This document shows positions 1 to 7,478 of a stretch of DNA of 19,964 bases, piece by piece; position 1 is the stretch's first letter; each line of letters begins with the position of its first letter. A program made the position numbers and the translations under genes. Source of the stretch: Candidatus Iainarchaeum sp. (GTDB lineage: Archaea > Iainarchaeota > Iainarchaeia > Iainarchaeales > CSSED10-239); assembly GCA_937968065.1 (NCBI GenBank), contig CALBUD010000001.1, positions 1-19,964 of the forward strand. The letters are read 5' to 3'. The notes under the pieces are model-generated. The model saw nothing but the letters and a program-made list of their open reading frames with translations, did not search any database and had not been told where the DNA came from.

Positions 1-28
1 ATTACTCTGATTTTCATTGTTGTTTATT

Positions 29-304
29 TTAAAGTTTATTAAAAAAAGTTATTTTTTTCTTTTTTTTTAAAATATCAAATGGTTTATTATTTGTTTTTTT
101 AAGATTTTTTAATTCTTTTTCTTTTTTAATATTTTCTTGTTTTTTAACTTTTTTTTTCTTTTTAAACAATTTATCTACAATATTTTCTTGGTATCTTAGA
201 TTTTTTTTATCATATTTAATCTTTTTTGGTTTTTCAATAGTATCTAAAGAAGTATCTTCAGCATCATAAATAGCTTGATTTAAATAATCTTGATCTTTTC
301 CCAT
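29..304 (-). CDS. hypothetical small lysine-rich protein (acidic N-terminal half, poly-K/E C-terminal half)
   Basis: The ORF-track frame 29..313 opens at GTG. The in-frame ATG at 304 lies 4 nt downstream of TGTGAT (plus-strand 309..314), the same SD-like motif seen before neighbouring genes. No family recognised, and the low-complexity K-rich tail keeps this uncertain. Confidence 0.45.
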   Translation of the reverse strand: MGKDQDYLNQAIYDAEDTSLDTIEKPKKIKYDKKNLRYQENIVDKLFKKKKKVKKQENIKKEKELKNLKKTNNKPFDILKKKKKITFFNKL

Positions 305-436
305 AACTATCACATTTTATATTAAAAATAACAATAGAAATTATTAAAATACCTTTTAATTTAGAAAACTAACATAAAAGATAAATATATAAATATATAT
401 ATGTATCATATACATATAGTAAAATATTTATTTTAT

Positions 437-441
437 GGTGA
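437..441 (+). promoter_or_regulatory. Shine-Dalgarno-like GGTGA, 6 nt upstream of ATG 448
   Basis: Read directly. It is complementary to the conserved archaeal 16S rRNA 3-prime end (GAUCACCUCC). Confidence 0.5.
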
Positions 442-447
442 CTATAA

Positions 448-1098
448 ATGGTAAGATTAAGAAAGAAAAATTTAATTGAAAATGAAAAAGAAATCTTAAG
501 TTTAAATCCAAAAAGCTTAGTTTCTCATTTTTATGAAAAAATAGATGTTACCACTGCTGGTATAGTTTTGTTTGTAGCTATTTTCTTAGAATCTTTAATT
601 TTTTTATTCTTAAAAATGCCAAATATTTTAGAATATTTCACAATTAAGTTAATTACTAATTTTGTAGTTACTTGGATAATTTTAGGTTTTGTTCTATATC
701 TTCTATTATATTTAATAAAAGGTAAAAGTAACTTAAAAGGCGGAGAATACAAAAAAATATTATCTGGTCTAGTTTCTTTTAGAGTTGTATCTATCTTTGC
801 AATATTAATAATGTTATTAATATTTATGATTTTTATGCCAAATATCTTTCCAATTTTAACAATGCTTTTAAATAATCCAAATTTTCTTCTTGAAACAGGA
901 CTTTTACCTGCAATTGGTATTTGGGGTGGTATTGGTATATTCCTTTCTGTAATTTTTATGATTTTAATAGTTGTTTATTATCTTACAATGTTATATAATT
1001 TTGTTAAAAAGATGTATGAGTTTGAAGGTTTCTTTCCAAACTTTATAATGATGATAATTATATTAATAATAATGGGATTTTTATCATCTTTAATCTAA
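448..1098 (+). CDS. hypothetical polytopic membrane protein (about 5 TM helices)
   Basis: 216-aa ORF with an SD-like motif upstream. It has several long hydrophobic segments (GIVLFVAIFLESLIFLFL, VVTWIILGFVLYLLLYLI, IFAILIMLLIFMIFM, GIGIFLSVIFMILIVVYYL, IMMIIILIIMGFL). No catalytic motif recognised. Confidence 0.6.
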   Translation: MVRLRKKNLIENEKEILSLNPKSLVSHFYEKIDVTTAGIVLFVAIFLESLIFLFLKMPNILEYFTIKLITNFVVTWIILGFVLYLLLYLIKGKSNLKGGEYKKILSGLVSFRVVSIFAILIMLLIFMIFMPNIFPILTMLLNNPNFLLETGLLPAIGIWGGIGIFLSVIFMILIVVYYLTMLYNFVKKMYEFEGFFPNFIMMIIILIIMGFLSSLI

Positions 1099-1112
1099 TT
1101 TTTATTTTTTTT
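1099..1112 (+). terminator. oligo-T tract (tttttatttttttt) just after the 448..1098 stop; candidate archaeal terminator
   Basis: Archaeal termination commonly uses oligo-T runs. The call is weak because the whole locus is T-rich. The adjacent tttataaaaata, about 20-25 nt before the polB ATG, could be its TATA box, which would give a leaderless or near-leaderless mRNA with no SD. Confidence 0.3.
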
Positions 1113-1134
1113 ATAAAAATATAAAAGATAATTT

Positions 1135-3555
1135 ATGACTTTAGAAAAAGTATCTAAAAGTACAGGTATTTTTATTACTGCTTTTTATGATTCTGGTTTA
1201 TTTTTAACAATAAAAGAAAATGATAAAAAAAAAGATTTTTCTTATGATTTTTTTCCTTATTTTTATTTAGTTTCAGATAATTCTCTTATAGATAAAGATT
1301 TAGAATTACTTGAAAAAAATCTTAAAGGTATTTTTCAAATTACAAAGGTAAAAAAAGATAATCTAGAAAATGTCTATAAATTAGAATTTGAAAATATAGA
1401 ATCATTAATTTCTTCAAAAGAACATTTATCAAAAAAAGAAATTAATTTATCTGTTAATTATTCATTAAAAGAATATGATATTCCTTTTTTACAAAGATTT
1501 TTTATAGATCATGATCTTTCTTGTTTTAAAAAAATAAATTTTACCTATAAAGATAACAAAATTCTTTCTTTTGAAATTATAGAAGATGTTTTGCCAGAAA
1601 CTTTATCTCATTTAACTTTTGATATTGAAGTTTTACCTTTAAAAGATCTTTCTTTTCCAGAACCAAAAAGTTCTCCCATAATATCTATTTGTTTAATGGA
1701 TGAAAATTATTTAAAAAAAGTTTTTTTCTTAAAAGAACTCTCTTATAATGAAACTAATTTTAATAAAAAAGAGTTTGAAAATACAAACATATCCTTTTTT
1801 ACAGATGAATCTTTAATGATAGAATCTTTTTTTAAATATTTAGAAGAAAAAGATCCTGATTTAATATTTACATATAACGGAGATAGGTTCGATTTTGATT
1901 ATATTTATAAAAGATATAAAACAATTAAATCTAAAGAAATTGTTTTTTCAAAAAAATTAACTTTTCATAAAAAAGGAAATGTCTCAGTTTCTTTAAATAA
2001 TATAATCCACATAGATACATATATTCTAATGAGACTTTTAAATTATCTACAAATATTTAATTTTTCTAAATTAGATTTAAACACAGTTTATCAAAAAATA
2101 ACTGGAAACAAAAAAATTATTTTAAAAGTTTCAGATTTTAGAGAACTATATGAAAAAAAAGAATATTCAAAAATTATAGAATACAATATAGATGATGTTG
2201 TTTCAACTTATTATTTATCAATTAATTATCTTTCAATAATAAATGAAGTTTCAAAATTAATTTCAACACCAATTTATGATGTTTTAAGAATTTCTGCAGG
2301 ACAAATGATTGAAAAATTATTTATTCTTAATTATTTTAGACAAAACCTAATTATTGAAGAAAAACCAGATAAAGAAACAATTTCAAGAAGATATGAATAT
2401 AGTTTTACAGGTGCTTTTGTAAAAGACCCTGTGGTTGGAATTCATGAAAATATTGCTATTGTTGATTTTAGAAGTTATCATATATCTATACTTATGGCAT
2501 ATAATATAAGTTTCGATACTATAAATATTCCTTCAAAAGAATCTCAAGAAGTAATTGGTTATAAAATTTCAAAAGATAAAAAAGGTTTTGTTCCTGAATT
2601 ATTAAATAATTTTTTAAATTTAAGAATTTCTATAAAAGAACAAATGAATAAAGCAAAAAAAGAATCTCAAGAATATAAAAATTTATATGCAAAACAATAT
2701 GCTCTAAAAATATTGCTTGCTTCAACTTATGGGTATATGGGGTTTTCAGGAGCAAGATGGTATTGTAGACCTTGTCTTGAAATCATGTATCATTTAGTAA
2801 GAACAAAAATACAAGAAACAATAAATAATTTTTCTTCTTTAGGTTATCTTGTAATTTATAGTGATACTGACTCTTGTTTTATAAAATTTGATGATTTTTC
2901 AAAATTTAAGAAAGATTTAGAAAAAATAAATAAATCTTTACCAGAATCAATGTCTCTTGAAACAGAAGGTTTTTTTAAAACAGGTCTTTTTGTAATGTCA
3001 AGAGATAAAAAGAAAGGTGCTAAAAAAAAATATGCTCTATTAGCAGAAGATGATTCTTTAAAAATAAAAGGTTTTGAATTTGTAAGAAGAGATTGGTGTT
3101 CTCTTGTAAAAGAAGTTCAAAAAGAACTTTTTATGATTCTTTTAAAACAAAAAGATATAAAAAAAGCAATTGATTATGTAAGAGAAAAAATTATTTCTCT
3201 TGAAAACAGAAAAATCCCTCTTGAAAAACTAGTTCTTCAATCTTTTATTCATAAAAAATTATCAAACTATAAAACAATTAATCCTGCAATATCTGCTTTA
3301 TCTTTTGCAAAAAAAGAAGGTAAAAATATTAAAGAAAAAGATTTGGTTGAATATGTAATAATCAATTATCCTTCTAAAAACATTTCTGAAAAAGCAAGGC
3401 TTTATGATGAATCTCTTTCTCAAGAGTATGATGTAGATTATTATCTTAATCATCAACTTTTTCCTGCAATTATACCTATCTTAGAAGTATTTGATGTTTC
3501 TAAAGATGAGTTATTAACTGGAAAAAAACAAAAAGGATTAAAAGACTTTGTATAA
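1135..3555 (+). CDS. polB: family B DNA polymerase (archaeal PolB)
   Basis: 806 aa with ordered family-B motifs: Exo I FDIEV, Exo II YNGDRFDFDY, Exo III YNIDDV, motif A DFRSYHISI, motif B KILLASTYGY, ARWYC, motif C YSDTDS, KKKYA and FVRRDW. No intein-sized insertion between motifs. Confidence 0.95.
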   Translation: MTLEKVSKSTGIFITAFYDSGLFLTIKENDKKKDFSYDFFPYFYLVSDNSLIDKDLELLEKNLKGIFQITKVKKDNLENVYKLEFENIESLISSKEHLSKKEINLSVNYSLKEYDIPFLQRFFIDHDLSCFKKINFTYKDNKILSFEIIEDVLPETLSHLTFDIEVLPLKDLSFPEPKSSPIISICLMDENYLKKVFFLKELSYNETNFNKKEFENTNISFFTDESLMIESFFKYLEEKDPDLIFTYNGDRFDFDYIYKRYKTIKSKEIVFSKKLTFHKKGNVSVSLNNIIHIDTYILMRLLNYLQIFNFSKLDLNTVYQKITGNKKIILKVSDFRELYEKKEYSKIIEYNIDDVVSTYYLSINYLSIINEVSKLISTPIYDVLRISAGQMIEKLFILNYFRQNLIIEEKPDKETISRRYEYSFTGAFVKDPVVGIHENIAIVDFRSYHISILMAYNISFDTINIPSKESQEVIGYKISKDKKGFVPELLNNFLNLRISIKEQMNKAKKESQEYKNLYAKQYALKILLASTYGYMGFSGARWYCRPCLEIMYHLVRTKIQETINNFSSLGYLVIYSDTDSCFIKFDDFSKFKKDLEKINKSLPESMSLETEGFFKTGLFVMSRDKKKGAKKKYALLAEDDSLKIKGFEFVRRDWCSLVKEVQKELFMILLKQKDIKKAIDYVREKIISLENRKIPLEKLVLQSFIHKKLSNYKTINPAISALSFAKKEGKNIKEKDLVEYVIINYPSKNISEKARLYDESLSQEYDVDYYLNHQLFPAIIPILEVFDVSKDELLTGKKQKGLKDFV
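3529..3552 (+). other. C-terminal PIP-box-like peptide QKGLKDFV of PolB (candidate PCNA-interaction motif)
   Basis: The last 8 codons fit Q-x-x-L-x-x-F-[hydrophobic] and lie at the extreme C-terminus, where archaeal PolB PIP boxes are found. Confidence 0.6.
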
Positions 3556-3569
3556 AATATATAATTATT

Positions 3570-4148
3570 ATGAAAAAATCTTTAAAACCTAGGCTCTTAA
3601 AAAATAAAACACCCACTAATCTAGTCATAAAAGAAAATAAAATAATTTTAAATCTTAAAAAAACTTCTATAAAACTTTTAATAAACACAAGTAATTTACC
3701 TAAAACATTTTATTCAACTACAAATGTTTCTAATTTAAAATCAATTAGACAAAAATTATTATCTGTTGAAAAAATATTAAAAGATGCAGAATATAAAAAT
3801 TCTTCTCAATTAATTTTTTTAGATAAAAAAGAATTAGATAATTTTATTTCTTTTTCTAAACTTTATAAACAAAAATTAGTTTCTTTAAAACTTAAATATT
3901 TAGATTCAAAAATATCTTCAACAATGATAGAAATTTTAAAAGAATTATCTGCACACACAAATAAATCTAATTTAAAAGAAAATCTTAAATTTTTTGATAA
4001 CTTTTTAGATGTTTATAATTTTTATAAACGGAAAAAAAATGATGAACCAAATAAACAATTATTCTCTTTAATGTTTAACTCTGCTTACAAAGGAGAAGAA
4101 CAAATAAAAAGATTAAAAAAAATAATAAGTCAAAGATATTTTACTTAA
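3570..4148 (+). CDS. hypothetical K/N/S-rich protein, probably co-transcribed with polB
   Basis: 192-aa ORF starting 14 nt after the polB stop. No recognisable motifs. An open frame this long is unlikely by chance in DNA this AT-rich. Confidence 0.5.
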   Translation: MKKSLKPRLLKNKTPTNLVIKENKIILNLKKTSIKLLINTSNLPKTFYSTTNVSNLKSIRQKLLSVEKILKDAEYKNSSQLIFLDKKELDNFISFSKLYKQKLVSLKLKYLDSKISSTMIEILKELSAHTNKSNLKENLKFFDNFLDVYNFYKRKKNDEPNKQLFSLMFNSAYKGEEQIKRLKKIISQRYFT

Positions 4149-5050
4149 ATCTTTTTCTTTAATTGATTTACCCAAAAAGATAATGTCTCTGGTGAAAAAA
4201 CACCTTCTTCTGTAATGAATTTATCAATTAATTCATTTGGAACAACATCAAAAGCAGGATTTTTAATATTTAATTTTTCTGGTCTTTCTTTTTCTTCCCA
4301 AACTTCATTAATATCTCTTTCTTCAATATTTTGAACAATGCTTAAAAAATCATCTGTTTCAACACAATGTGTAGAAGTTAAAACAATATGTGGTGTTTTA
4401 TATTCTTTAGAAGCAAGACTTATAAGATTAGTTCCTAATTTATTCATAATAGATCCATCTTGAAAAACCACATCTGCTCCTGTAAAAAAATAATCCGTTT
4501 GTTTTAAAAAATGAGTCACAGTTGATTCTGTTATAAGTGTTGTTTTAATGCCATATTCAGATAAATTTCTTGCAGTTATTCTTCCTTGATACCTAGGTCT
4601 TGTTTCAGTACAAAACACTTCAAAATCAATTCCTTTATCATGTGCTTTTTTAAAAGCATTTTCAACTAAGGTAGAATGACAATGTGTTAAAACCTTCATC
4701 CCATTTGTTATTAGTTGAGAGGCCATTTCAGAAATGGTTTCATTTCCATTTTTTGTTTTTTCTTTATATTTTATAACTTCTTCTATTATTTTTTCTTTAT
4801 CTTCTGAAAAACTTTTAACTTTTTGATAAATATAATTCATTGAATTTCTAAGTTTTGGTTCATTTGGTCTTTGAATAACCAATAGATTTATGTTTTCTTT
4901 TATTTCTGTAATTAGTTCTTTTTCTTTTTTATCTGTTTTTTTTAAAAGCTCTAATATTCCTTTTATTGATTCAAGTTCAATGTTACTTGCACCTTGTATC
5001 TTTATTTCTTTAATATCTTTTGCAATTTTTTGTATTTCTTTATCAATCAT
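4145..5050 (-). CDS. eIF-2B alpha/beta/delta-like family protein, most like archaeal ribose-1,5-bisphosphate isomerase (e2b2)
   Basis: 301 aa with family motifs VLTHCHS, CTETRPRYQGRITA, FTGADVV..DGSIMNKLGT and NPAFDVVP..ITEEG. The Cys in THCHS and the Asp in GAD sit where the R15P isomerase catalytic residues lie. The size fits the short e2b2 form rather than MtnA. Confidence 0.78.
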   Translation of the reverse strand: MIDKEIQKIAKDIKEIKIQGASNIELESIKGILELLKKTDKKEKELITEIKENINLLVIQRPNEPKLRNSMNYIYQKVKSFSEDKEKIIEEVIKYKEKTKNGNETISEMASQLITNGMKVLTHCHSTLVENAFKKAHDKGIDFEVFCTETRPRYQGRITARNLSEYGIKTTLITESTVTHFLKQTDYFFTGADVVFQDGSIMNKLGTNLISLASKEYKTPHIVLTSTHCVETDDFLSIVQNIEERDINEVWEEKERPEKLNIKNPAFDVVPNELIDKFITEEGVFSPETLSFWVNQLKKKI

Positions 5051-5189
5051 GAAAAAAACCTTTTAAAAAGCAGTATTTTAATTATATATTAGTATAACAG
5101 TATTATATTTAAAGGTTTCCTCACTATAATATATAATTAATATATACTTATTTTATTAATAGGATTTATTTTTCTTAGAGGTGGATATT

Positions 5190-6242
5190 TTGAATAAAGA
5201 TTTAAACAATGCAGAACTTGAAGAATTTTTAAGCTCTTCTCTTCCAAAAATATGTGTAATTGGTGTTGGAGGAAGTGGAAATAATACAATCGAAAGAATA
5301 ACAAATGTTGGTGTTGAAGGTGCATTTACAGTTGCTTTAAATACAGATGCTCAAGCTTTAATAAAAGTAAATTCTGATAAAAAAATATTAATAGGTAAAA
5401 AAACAACTAAAGGTTTAGGTGCAGGATCAAATCCAGATGTTGGAGAATCTGCAGCAGAAGAATCAAAAGAAGAATTAATAGATATAATTAAAGGAAAAGA
5501 TTTAGTTTTTGTAACTTGTGGTCTTGGAGGCGGAACAGGAACAGGAGCTGCTCCTGTTGTTGCAAGACTTGCAAGAGAACAAGGTTCTTTAACAATTGGT
5601 GTTGCAACTTTACCATTTGCTGTTGAAGGAAGAAAAAGAATAGAAAATGCTTTATCAGGTCTTGATAAATTAAAAAAAGAAGTTGATACTTTAATAATAA
5701 TTCCAAATGATAAAATTTTAGAAATAGCTCCTGATCTTCCATTAAATGTAGCTTTTCAAGAAGTTGATAAAATCTTAACAGAAGCTGTAAAAGGAATAAC
5801 AGAACTTATAACAAGAGCAGGAATAATAAATCTTGATTTTGCAGATTTAAAAACCATTCTTTCAAAAGGAGGAATGGCAATGATTGGTGTTGGAGAATCA
5901 AATCTTGAAAAAGGAAATGATGCAAGAGCAATGGAAGCAGTTGAAAATGCTTTAACTTCTCCTCTTTTAGATATTGATGTATCTAGTTCAACAAAAGCTC
6001 TTGTAAATGTTATTGGTGGTTCTGATTTAACAATTAAAGAATCTGAACTTATAGTTGATACTGTTGCTTCAAAGATAAACGGAGATGCTCATATAATTTG
6101 GGGTGCAATGATTGACGATAATCTTGCAAATAAAAAAGTAAAAGTTATGGTTGTTATAGCAGGTGCAAATATTCCTTATTTAGAAGAAGGTTATGAATCT
6201 CTTGATTCAAAAGCAATGGAACTAGATATAGATAGTGTTTAA
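5190..6242 (+). CDS. ftsZ: cell division GTPase FtsZ
   Basis: Tubulin signature GGGTGTGAAPVVA, N-terminal GVGGSGNN, and T7-loop NLDFADLKT. The ORF track starts at GTG 5181, but that GTG is part of GAGGTG (5178..5183). TTG 5190 follows the motif by 6 nt and is my preferred start; 5181 remains possible. Confidence 0.93.
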   Translation: MNKDLNNAELEEFLSSSLPKICVIGVGGSGNNTIERITNVGVEGAFTVALNTDAQALIKVNSDKKILIGKKTTKGLGAGSNPDVGESAAEESKEELIDIIKGKDLVFVTCGLGGGTGTGAAPVVARLAREQGSLTIGVATLPFAVEGRKRIENALSGLDKLKKEVDTLIIIPNDKILEIAPDLPLNVAFQEVDKILTEAVKGITELITRAGIINLDFADLKTILSKGGMAMIGVGESNLEKGNDARAMEAVENALTSPLLDIDVSSSTKALVNVIGGSDLTIKESELIVDTVASKINGDAHIIWGAMIDDNLANKKVKVMVVIAGANIPYLEEGYESLDSKAMELDIDSV

Positions 6243-6245
6243 AGA

Positions 6246-6251
6246 AGTGAT
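6246..6251 (+). promoter_or_regulatory. Shine-Dalgarno-like AGTGAT, 6 nt upstream of secE ATG
   Basis: Read directly; the same motif class occurs before other genes here. Confidence 0.5.
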
Positions 6252-6257
6252 AAATTT

Positions 6258-6422
6258 ATGGGTAAATTAAAAGAGTTTTTTGCATCATCAAGAAGAATAT
6301 TAAATATTTCTCAAAAACCAACTAAAAAAGAATTTTGGTTTATGGCAAAAATAATAGCTTTAGGTATTTTAGTTATAGGTATTATAGGATATCTTGTAAA
6401 ATTAATTGCAAGTATATTTTAA
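6258..6422 (+). CDS. secE: protein translocase subunit SecE / Sec61 gamma
   Basis: Not in the ORF track (54 aa). Manual translation gives MGKLKEFFASSRRILNISQKPTKKEFWFMAKIIALGILVIGIIGYLVKLIASIF. It has the archaeal SecE pattern KPTK.E followed by a single TM with ALGI...GIIGY, and it sits in the conserved position directly upstream of spt5/nusG and rpl11. Confidence 0.88.
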   Translation: MGKLKEFFASSRRILNISQKPTKKEFWFMAKIIALGILVIGIIGYLVKLIASIF

Positions 6423-6423
6423 A

Positions 6424-6429
6424 AGTGAT
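6424..6429 (+). promoter_or_regulatory. Shine-Dalgarno-like AGTGAT, 5 nt upstream of spt5 ATG 6435
   Basis: Read directly. It supports ATG 6435 over the track start TTG 6429, which overlaps the motif. Confidence 0.5.
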
Positions 6430-6434
6430 TGAAC

Positions 6435-6872
6435 ATGATTTTTACAATAAGAACAACTGTTGGTCAAGAAAAAGTAATTATAGACCTTTTATCAAATAAA
6501 GCAAAACAAGAAGAACTTGAAGTTTTTTCAATAGTTGAAATGGCAGACTTAAAAGGATATCTTTTAGTTGAAGCTGATTCTAAAAAAACTGTTGAAATTT
6601 TAGTTCATAATGTTCCACACATAAAAGGTGGAAAGATTGTTGAAGGAAATATAAATATAGGTGAGATTGCAGGTGTCTTAGAATCAAGACCATTGATGAG
6701 TTCTATAAAACCAGGTCAAACAGTAGAAATTATTCTAGGTTCTTTTAAAGGTTTTAGAGCAAAAGTTATAAGAACAAATCTTGCAAAAGAAGAAGTTGTT
6801 ATTGAACTTTTTGATGCAAGTGTAAAAATACCAATAACCATAAAAGCAGAAAATATAAAATTATTAAATTAA
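6435..6872 (+). CDS. spt5: transcription elongation factor Spt5 (archaeal NusG)
   Basis: The N-terminus MIFTIRTTVGQEK is typical of archaeal Spt5 (NGN domain). KOW motif GQTVEIILGSFKGFRAKVIR is present. Flanked by secE and rpl11. Confidence 0.93.
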   Translation: MIFTIRTTVGQEKVIIDLLSNKAKQEELEVFSIVEMADLKGYLLVEADSKKTVEILVHNVPHIKGGKIVEGNINIGEIAGVLESRPLMSSIKPGQTVEIILGSFKGFRAKVIRTNLAKEEVVIELFDASVKIPITIKAENIKLLN

Positions 6873-6885
6873 AAATATTATAAAA

Positions 6886-6892
6886 GAGTGAT
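6886..6892 (+). promoter_or_regulatory. Shine-Dalgarno-like GAGTGAT, 6 nt upstream of rpl11 ATG
   Basis: Read directly. Confidence 0.5.
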
Positions 6893-6898
6893 AGAAAT

Positions 6899-7369
6899 AT
6901 GCCAACAATAAAAGTTTTAATTGAAGCTGGAAAAGCAAATGCTGGTCCTCCAATAGGTCCTGCTTTAGGTCCATTAGGTGTTAACACCATGGAAATTGTA
7001 AATGAAATTAATAATCAAACAAAACATTTAGAAGGTATGGAAATACCTATAAAGATACATATTGATACTAAAAAAAAGTTTTCAATAGAGTTAGGTTCTC
7101 CACAAACAGGAGCCTTAATAAAAAAAGAACTAAATATTAAAAAAGCAGCTTCAAAGGTAAAAGAAGAAGTTGTAGGAAACTTAACTTTTGATCAAGTTTT
7201 AAAAGTTACAAATGCAAAATATTCTCAACTTGTTTCAAAATCTAAAAAATCAGCTGTTAAAGAAATTTTAGGTTCTTGTAGAGCGATGGGTGTTAATGTT
7301 GAAGGTCTTCCAGCTCAAGAAATTATTAAAAAAGTAAATGCTGGAGAGTATGATTCTAAATTAAATTAA
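6899..7369 (+). CDS. rpl11: 50S ribosomal protein L11 (uL11)
   Basis: The N-terminal domain GKANAGPPIGPALGPLGVN is diagnostic. 156 aa, following spt5 as in most archaea. Confidence 0.95.
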   Translation: MPTIKVLIEAGKANAGPPIGPALGPLGVNTMEIVNEINNQTKHLEGMEIPIKIHIDTKKKFSIELGSPQTGALIKKELNIKKAASKVKEEVVGNLTFDQVLKVTNAKYSQLVSKSKKSAVKEILGSCRAMGVNVEGLPAQEIIKKVNAGEYDSKLN

Positions 7370-7378
7370 AGAATCATA

Positions 7379-7394
7379 TTTTTTTCTCTTTCTT
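7379..7394 (+). terminator. oligo-T tract (tttttttctctttctt) 10 nt after rpl11 stop; candidate archaeal terminator
   Basis: A 7-T run followed by more pyrimidines, at the start of the 109-nt gap downstream of rpl11. This marks the end of the ftsZ-secE-spt5-rpl11 run. Confidence 0.35.
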
Positions 7395-7466
7395 AAAATA
7401 AAAAGCTTTTTATTACTTAACTACTATATATTTATTAGTTTTTATAAATATATTTATAAGTAAAAA

Positions 7467-7473
7467 AGGTGAT
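7467..7473 (+). promoter_or_regulatory. Shine-Dalgarno-like AGGTGAT, 5 nt upstream of TTG 7479
   Basis: Read directly. It supports the non-ATG start of the following gene. Confidence 0.55.
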
Positions 7474-7478
7474 TTTTC

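Noticed and set aside
398-418. 9-bp inverted repeat tatatgtat-cat-atacatata between the divergent genes at 304 and 448
   Set aside because: It sits in a run of (TA)n-like low-complexity sequence, where short palindromes arise by chance. It could be an operator, but the sequence alone cannot support that.
1135-3555. Intein or split in the PolB gene
   Set aside because: All polymerase and exonuclease motifs are contiguous at normal spacing. The 806-aa length is typical, and no Cys/Ser...His-Asn splice-junction blocks are present.
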